Assembly: GCF_041956535.1 (NCBI RefSeq)
Contig: NW_027192210.1
Location: 442,021 to 506,020 of the forward strand
Direction: 5' to 3'
DNA length: 64,000 nucleotides
Source: Calcarisporiella thermophila CBS 279.70
Taxonomy: Eukaryota; Fungi; Calcarisporiellomycota
Shown piece after piece: positions 57,488 to 64,000 of this stretch. Under the pieces are notes generated by a model. That model was not told where the DNA came from and ran no database searches. It saw only the letters and a program-made list of their open reading frames with translations. Each line of letters opens with the position of its first letter. The first letter of the stretch is position 1. The translations under genes were made by a program, and so were the position numbers.

Positions 57488-58257
57488 ATGTCGCTCAAAC
57501 ATCGCTACATTTCCCATTCCTTTGAGTGTCTGATATTTGTCTATTTTACGTACGCGTACCTCCTGGATTCTAGCCTTCTCAACTTTGCCACTCGCTGCCT
57601 GACGCAATTTGTAAAAGAATTGTCAAGTTCTATTCCGATTAGCTTGGTCGGGATTTTCTAACCCATTTTATTCTTGCCTCTGCCATTTTGAACATCTAGT
57701 TCATATCTCCTCGGACGATTACGCGTACATTTCATGCTGTATTTTTCGTCATTATCCTATCTAATCTAGCATCTGTACTTCGGCATATTACCGATATTGA
57801 TAATCGAGGAATTATAATAGACTTCATCGGCCAAGGTGCTTAAATTTCTATTGTGTTCGTCTTTTCCCTCTGCTAATCCCCTTGCATGTATGCATCGCCA
57901 GCCCATGTCCAAACAAGATCTTACCTGCTTTTCACCGATGCCGCCATTTTCAGTTTACAGTTCGTGTTTCTGCTCATTACACTCTTGACAGCGGGGACAT
58001 CCCTGGAGAACACCAGCGAGGATCGTGAGGATGAGGAAGATCGCCCTGAGGACGAGCAAGCAAACTCGGAAGTTAACACTCTGTCGTCATTGCTGGAGTT
58101 TTCCGATCGAGGCAGACGGGACGCCGAGGAGGAGCCCGAGTATGCCCTTGACATACGGCTTCGCCCGGTGCTCCGAAACTTGATCTTTGTGGGCGAGGAC
58201 GAGCGGGAGTCGCCCACGCCTTCAGTGGCGCAGAGAAGAGCAAGCATGGATGTGTAG
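57488..58257 (+). CDS. DUF1746 membrane protein (Dsc4/Vld1-like, Dsc E3 ligase complex), 3 exons
   Basis: LIFVYFTYAYLLDSSLLNFATRCLTQF; SNLASVLRH; GIIIDFIGQ; LLFTDAAIFSLQFV. Confidence 0.75.
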
Positions 58258-58498
58258 CAGTGTTTCGTGTGTCTGTAACATGAGCTTTGTAGATAGTTTT
58301 CAATCTGTTTTCTATTCTCCTCTCTATATTGTTTTCCATCTCTATAACCTCGATACCACCTAGAATGCTCCCCTCCACTACCTTTTTCTTTCTCTAATAT
58401 CTTTGACTTGCACTTCAATGCTAGCAAATATAATTTAATCATACTACGTTTATCAGAGATATATGAAAGCACGGACACTATGGCCATGATCGTGAAAT

Positions 58499-60361
58499 CT
58501 AAAGTTTAGACTCGCCGGGAACCCGCAATCGCTCGTAAACATGGCGTCCGAGGCAATCATCGGCTACACTTGATCGGGCCCTCAGCCCGCTCCAATCGAT
58601 CATCTCCTCTCGAATATCACTAATGCTTCGACAGCCGCACAGACGCATGGTCATCTCCAGCTCTCCGCGGAGAAGCTGAATCGCACGCACCACCCCTTCG
58701 ACTCCATAGGTCGACATCGCATACAAGAAAGGCCGCCCAACGCCCACCGCCTTAGCCCCCAGCGCAATGGCTTTAAATATATCCGACCCTCGCCTTATGC
58801 CGCCATCCACATACACTTCAAGACGGTTCTGGTAGTTATGCGCACGAAGAGCAGACATAACTTCAGGTAGGACTTCGATTCCCGACCGCGCAAAGTCGAG
58901 CTGACGTCCTCCGTGGTTGCTGATCACGATTCCTACATCGATAGAGCGAGGGTGGGAAAAAAATGGATGAGCCATTTCTATTCGCTTCTTGATGACTCAC
59001 CTTGAACGCCGTGCTGGACGGCTAGGACGGCATCCTCTCCACACTGCACTCCCTTCAAGATCAGTGGCATGCTCGTTATTTCCCGGATCCATTTCAAGTC
59101 CTCCCAGCAGAAACCCGGATCCAGAAACGAGGAGATGGCGCGGGCAGCGCCTTGCGAACGATCCACCGTGCTCTCCGACTGGATATCGGGGGGTGCCTCC
59201 GAGTATTTCATGCGCATGTCTTTCTCTCCTATATATCCACGCAATGATCCGTTAGTGGAGTGTCTCTTCGCCCCGGGAACTCAATTCTCTCCTTACGTCT
59301 TCCGAGCTGAGGCGCATCTACCGTGACAAAGAGCGCCTTGCAGCCCTTCTTCTCCGCTTGTCTTATTAGTTTTTCCGTGGCGGAGCGATCTTGATTCACA
59401 TAGAGCTGGAAAAACTGCGTTTGGCCCGGTTGTCTAGCGTCGGTCTAGAAGGGCTTGTGTTGAGAAAAGACAGGGCAAACTACCGGCCAAAATCATTTAG
59501 GTTACCATTTGGTCCAAGGAGCAGCTCGCCAGAGTAGGCAGCATTTGGATCAGGCCAGTCTGATGAGCAGCTTTCGTCAAGACGACCTCTCCGTCGGGGT
59601 GTCCGAGTTTTGCAAGGGCGGTGGCAGTAATATACACGGGAAGAGTAGAGGTATAGCCCAGGATTTGGCAGGAAAGATCCACGTCCCGGACATTGATCAA
59701 TATCCGCGGGCGGAACCAAATGCGATGGAATGCATTATGGTTCTCACGCAAGGTTATCTCGTCGTCTAAGCAAGAGGCACGACATATGAGTGTGACCAAA
59801 CAGCCCCAGTGGCGATTCACGCTATTGCATTACCTGCTCCAGAGGAGTAGTAGGCCCATGCCTCCGGGCTGAGCACCTTCTTAGCAATTTCCTCGAAATC
59901 GAACAGATTGAGCATCTCACCAAGCGGTGGTATTGCTTTTCTTCTCTCGGCCATTATTATCTCACTCTTCTTTCGCAAGTATTCCTGCCCCAAAAAAGGT
60001 GTATCTATCTCGCCAAGACAAACATCGGGTGAAAGGTATCGCTCAATAATATCTGGAGGGTGGATGGGATCGAATGCCTCAGTGGCATCATGGCCAGCCC
60101 AGCGGGTAATGACTTTGACGCCACCAGGGTGATCGGGGAGGAAATTCTGAAGCAAAACATGCTCAGCATGGGGATGCAGACGGAGTGAACGGGGCGAGTA
60201 CCTACCGTCAAATCGTAGACTTTCCCATGGATGATGACCCAGCAGTCGCCCTGCTGGTTGTGCTTTGCTACTTCTGCGGCTAAAAGCGAATGCCGTCAGT
60301 CAAAGCTCTCTAACCATCCTCTGGTTGAGGTTCAGAGCTTACCAGAAATCTTGCGGGCCAT
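58499..60361 (-). CDS. CYB2: Flavocytochrome b2-like FMN-dependent 2-hydroxyacid dehydrogenase (cytochrome b5 plus FMN domain) ending in SKL
   Basis: EVAKHN...CWVIIHGKVYDLT...HPGG...DPIHP; WAYYSSGA; TATALAKLGHPDGE; LILKG; SNHGGRQLD; DGGIRRGSDIFKAIALGA; C-terminal ESKL. Confidence 0.93.
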
Positions 60362-60744
60362 TATGGAAAGGAAAGGGGGACCGGTTCTTCTATCAGCGCT
60401 CGAGGTGTAAGCGGGCGGCAAAGGATGGGAAAACCTTATGCATGCTTATAAGGGGCGGCCTGGTAACGCAGTCTCGGTAAAAATTCTGTCATGTGAATTG
60501 TGCTTTGCCACTCTACCCCGACTTCAAGCCAACTTCTTTCGTGCAGCAATCACTGGCGGATCCGCACGAGTCTTTGATCCCATGGAGGGCATATGGAATG
60601 GGGGAAAAAAAAGTTTTCATTAGGACCGATGGAGAGGAATTAGTACGCGAAAAAAGAATAAACATGAGGCCGGACGGAGAAGCATATTAATATTACAGCA
60701 TAGCGACATTAACAAAAACATACAAGCATTATAGACAAGGGGGC

Positions 60745-62172
60745 CTAGATACGAATGTATATCTTGCGCCAATCTAACAACCAGGCAAGGGGGATGTAGA
60801 GGCAGACGATGCCGAGGATGCTCCAAATCAGACTCGCGAGGGGGCCGGGGAGCCAGCTGGCGAATGCCCGGTGGAACAGCCACGACCATACGTTGGAATA
60901 CTGGGGATCATTGGTGGGGATCGAGAAGAGCGTGGCGGTGAAGGCCTCGGAGAGGACGTAGATGACGAGGGGGTTGCGACCCACGTTGAGCACGGACCGG
61001 AAAAAGAGGCGCACGGCGAAATACTGGGATTGCAGCATAAGCTTGATATCGCTGGCATACATGATCACCGCCAGCGAAAGCAGGGCCACTCCCACCGACA
61101 TGAGCACAAAGGTGGGGGTCCACAGCGGCTTCCCGATTGGCACCACGGGGTTGAAGAAGATGGCCAGCAGGATCAGGGGCAGTGCGATAAGCATGAGCTC
61201 GACAATGGTTTGGTAGCGGTAGGCGACACTTTTGAGCTGCTCGCGCGTCTTCACAAACCGGATCCCGACCTGCACCCCGGCCCAGGTGTTCAGCGCGGCC
61301 GTCATATGCGAGAGGGAGCCCTCTGGGTCGAACGCTTTCTTCTGGTAGTTCCTGTTCTGCCCGTAGATGGCGGTGTCGAAGAGGGACTCGGTCGAGCACT
61401 CGGGGGTGAGAATGCCCCTGCCATGGCAGCCCTCGAACGGCACGTACACTCCGTACATCAGCGCCATCCAAAGGATGAAGGCCACCGCGGGAAAGACGTA
61501 GGTCAACACCACATGCTTCCACAGCTTGCGGTCCGGGCCAAGATTGCCGCGGCCGAACAGCACAAAGGCAACCGCATTGACGAGATAGCAGAGGGCGATG
61601 CGCTGAAGAACGCCCGCAATCCGCCAGTTGTGGACCAGGTTTGGGTAGTGGTATGGAAACCCGTTCAGGAGCAGCCCAATAGAGAAGAGCAGGAAGGTGC
61701 GCTTCGCGATTTTGAAGGCGAGGCGGCCAGGGGTGTAGCGATCGGCGCGGTGGAATGCAAGGGGAATGGACACCCCCGCAATAAAGAGGAACGAGGGGAA
61801 GATGGAGTCGGCAATCGTGAAGCCAAACCACTCCGCATGGCCTAGATTAGGAAGCGGATCGATCTGAGAATTGGCCATTATCATCAGCACAATGGTCAGC
61901 CCGCGCATCAAGTCGATCGAGAAGAGGCGGCTGCCGCCCAGCCTCTTCTCTTTGGAGACAAGGTCGGCCTCGGCACTAGGATTGGTCGGCATTTCGGAGA
62001 TCTGGATTTTGATATCGGATTCAAGCGCCTCGTTTTTGGAGGGAACATGCTCCAGAACAGGGTCCCTTGGTCCGCCGTCATTAGTACCAGAGAGCACGGT
62101 GGAGGTTGGGCTTAAGGCCTCCCTGTGCTGCCGCTGTGGGCTCTGGTCAGCGTGGTGAGAATCTTTCGTCAT
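60745..62172 (-). CDS. HGSNAT/NagX-like (DUF1624/DUF5009) transmembrane N-acetyltransferase, intronless
   Basis: RLFSIDLMRGLTIVLMIMAN; HAEWFGFTIADSIFPSFLFIAGVSI (active-site His motif); RIAGVLQRIALCY; FDPEGSLS; PIGKPLWTPTFV; GRNPLVIYV. Confidence 0.9.
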   Translation of the reverse strand: MTKDSHHADQSPQRQHREALSPTSTVLSGTNDGGPRDPVLEHVPSKNEALESDIKIQISEMPTNPSAEADLVSKEKRLGGSRLFSIDLMRGLTIVLMIMANSQIDPLPNLGHAEWFGFTIADSIFPSFLFIAGVSIPLAFHRADRYTPGRLAFKIAKRTFLLFSIGLLLNGFPYHYPNLVHNWRIAGVLQRIALCYLVNAVAFVLFGRGNLGPDRKLWKHVVLTYVFPAVAFILWMALMYGVYVPFEGCHGRGILTPECSTESLFDTAIYGQNRNYQKKAFDPEGSLSHMTAALNTWAGVQVGIRFVKTREQLKSVAYRYQTIVELMLIALPLILLAIFFNPVVPIGKPLWTPTFVLMSVGVALLSLAVIMYASDIKLMLQSQYFAVRLFFRSVLNVGRNPLVIYVLSEAFTATLFSIPTNDPQYSNVWSWLFHRAFASWLPGPLASLIWSILGIVCLYIPLAWLLDWRKIYIRI

Positions 62173-63432
62173 CACAGCTTACGCCAGGCGAGGGGAAAAA
62201 GGGTTCTTGAGTAGGCTGCAGTGAGGAAGGGGAAGAGGACGCGCAGGATTGTAGCAGTGCTATTTATTCTCTGCCTATTAGAGTTAAAGATTTTCTATGC
62301 AGAGATCGGATTTAAGTGGTTTTTGGGTTCCTCTGGGGTACAAAATAATTTGCTAAGTCAACCCCGCGCAATTGCTCCATCCCTCCCTTGCCTCTCCCGG
62401 CCGAGGCTCTCGCCAGCCCTGCTGTTTCTCCAACACGCTGCGGATCCCCTCCTGGCCGGCCTGCGCGGTGCCCTCAGCGCCCCCTCCCCTCCCTATCGGC
62501 CTGGGCTAGGGTTCGGCCGATGGCTAGATCGCGTCATCCTAGGCAGTCGTCGCGGTTCTGGCTCTTGGAACGCTACCGCAGGGACTCGTTAGATAAGGTC
62601 TGACTAATTGGGATTAGCAGGAGAGGAGGCCGATAACATGCGAACCTAACCTTCTCCTTTCCCCTTTATTGCCCAACCCTGATTTTTTTTTCTCACATCA
62701 CCAGCATCATGTTTGACAAATATCGGCAGTCCCGAATGCCCCTAATGGGAGCGTCTCTTTACCTCCCCGACTCCCGCTCCTCTCGCCTTGACTCTGTTTC
62801 CTCCCTACACGCCGCTTACTCCAGGCTCTCCTCCCGCCACACGGCTAGGCTCCAGGCTGGGATGCGAGCACTGCCGCGGTCCCTGAGAACAAAAATGCTA
62901 GATCTCGGGCGCAGCATGAAGGAGAGCGAGGGCGTCGAAAGGAATGAGGGAGACGGCGGGCCACTCCAGCATTTCATAGGCTGAGCTTGTGCCAAAAATG
63001 ATTTCATGTGTGCATGCGGGATTCCTTTTTCTGCTGAGATTCTCAACTCCAATTTTCGTTGCCACCCCGAGCCCCTATTGGAGGAGGGCCGCTGATTCAA
63101 CCTCCCCTTCAACCAGAACAAGAGGATATGAAATTGGCCACGGGTTCACAAAGAGGAGGGCTGGGAGGGGCGACGTCACTCGTCTGCTTGCTTCGGTCGG
63201 GGAGGCTTCCAGCAGCCCGCCCAGGATAGCCTGCATTGCGCTTGGAGGAGTGTCCAAAGGGGGTTTATTAGTTGGTAGATAAGGTATTTTCTGAAATAAA
63301 AGTGCAGAAAGATTGAGGCACAGTTTTGGGTGGAGAGGAGGGTCCCCCCCCCCCACCACCGGCTGAGTCGAACAAGCAGATAATAGAACAGGCCGATAAT
63401 ATTACAAGACACAAATAAAATGAAATGCAACT

Positions 63433-64000
63433 CTATAGATCCTCCTCGCCCAGCAGGGACAAAAAGTAGCTTCGCTGCGAGAAGAACATGGAACATACAC
63501 AGAACCACCAAATGCTTCTGGGCATTGCGCCCACGAAGAAGGCGCGGTACATCGCGGCCGCCCGCGCGAATCCACCCCTCGAACCCTGCTGCTGCACCAC
63601 ATTGCCGGCAATTTGGCGGGCCATGGCCCACATGCCGGAGGGATTGCGCTGGGAGTTGGCCATGATTTGCGCGCGCATCACATCCATGGGGGTGGTGAGA
63701 TAGCCGGCAAGAAAGCCGGATACGCCGCCGAAGAGGGCCGATTTCAGGGCGGGCACCTTGGCGGGGAATTCGAGCTGAGAGCTGGCTACTGTGCCGGGCA
63801 CGGGACGGAGGTCGTGGATCGGGAGGGAGGAGTGGGTGCGCTGGAGTTGGCGGTGGGAGTTGGAATGCATGAATTCGTAGCACACAAAGAGAATGACCAT
63901 GAAGGGGCAGTCGCGGGCGGTAATGGTGGTGAAGCCGCGGAAGAGACCCGCCACCCCCTCCTGCTTGATGACGGTCCGCGCCATGCTCCATGCGCTGTTG
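63433..64000 (-). CDS. Mitochondrial carrier family protein (SAM-carrier-like), C-terminal part; 5' end outside the window
   Basis: EGVAGLFRG; ARDCPFMVILFVCYE; carrier signature TTPMDVMRAQI; FVGAMPR. Confidence 0.85.
   Translation of the reverse strand, partial: NSAWSMARTVIKQEGVAGLFRGFTTITARDCPFMVILFVCYEFMHSNSHRQLQRTHSSLPIHDLRPVPGTVASSQLEFPAKVPALKSALFGGVSGFLAGYLTTPMDVMRAQIMANSQRNPSGMWAMARQIAGNVVQQQGSRGGFARAAAMYRAFFVGAMPRSIWWFCVCSMFFSQRSYFLSLLGEEDL

Noticed and set aside
60871-61845. 324-aa plus-strand and 307-aa minus-strand ORFs overlapping the HGSNAT-like gene
   Set aside because: Same GC3 shadow effect; low-complexity Arg/Gly/Pro products.
62221-63400. Short ORFs between the HGSNAT-like gene and the mitochondrial carrier
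   Set aside because: GC-rich promoter/UTR sequence without protein-like signal.

Overview
Gene-dense eukaryotic window with many short GT-AG introns (mostly about 50-90 nt). The gene content points to an early-diverging (non-Dikarya) fungus; this is an inference from a CHD6-9-type remodeller, an NBR1 with PB1 and UBA domains, and an HGSNAT-like gene. About 28 protein-coding genes were reconstructed by reading splice sites and protein motifs: a DUF4203/TM198-like membrane protein, a 7TM GPCR, Mtf1, complex I ESSS subunit, a SAM methyltransferase, an Sst2/FlbA RGS, a Nit2/Nit3-like C-N hydrolase, Mtr10, a GDSL esterase, a GT49-like protein, a CHD6-9-like remodeller, a DUF676 lipase, NBR1, cyclin H, a HIRIP3-like chaperone, Nus1, a TPP1/Est3-like shelterin subunit, Sen34, Pet100, CLPTM1, a CE4 deacetylase, BNA1, Fyv7, DUF1746, a cytochrome b2-like oxidase, an HGSNAT-like acetyltransferase, a mitochondrial carrier and two orphans. 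There is a 541-nt N gap. No rRNA, tRNA, CRISPR array or intact transposon was recognised. The most interesting observations are: two apparent pseudoenzymes (a nitrilase-fold protein with catalytic Cys replaced by Arg, and a GT49 lacking DxD); an intronless HGSNAT-like gene about 6 kb from a chitin-deacetylase-like gene; a spliced micro-ORF just upstream of PET100; a GC-rich orphan island with an in-frame TAG; an apparent frameshift in the HIRIP3-like gene; and a flavocytochrome b2 ending in the peroxisomal signal SKL. All family calls come from motif recognition by eye; no searches were run.
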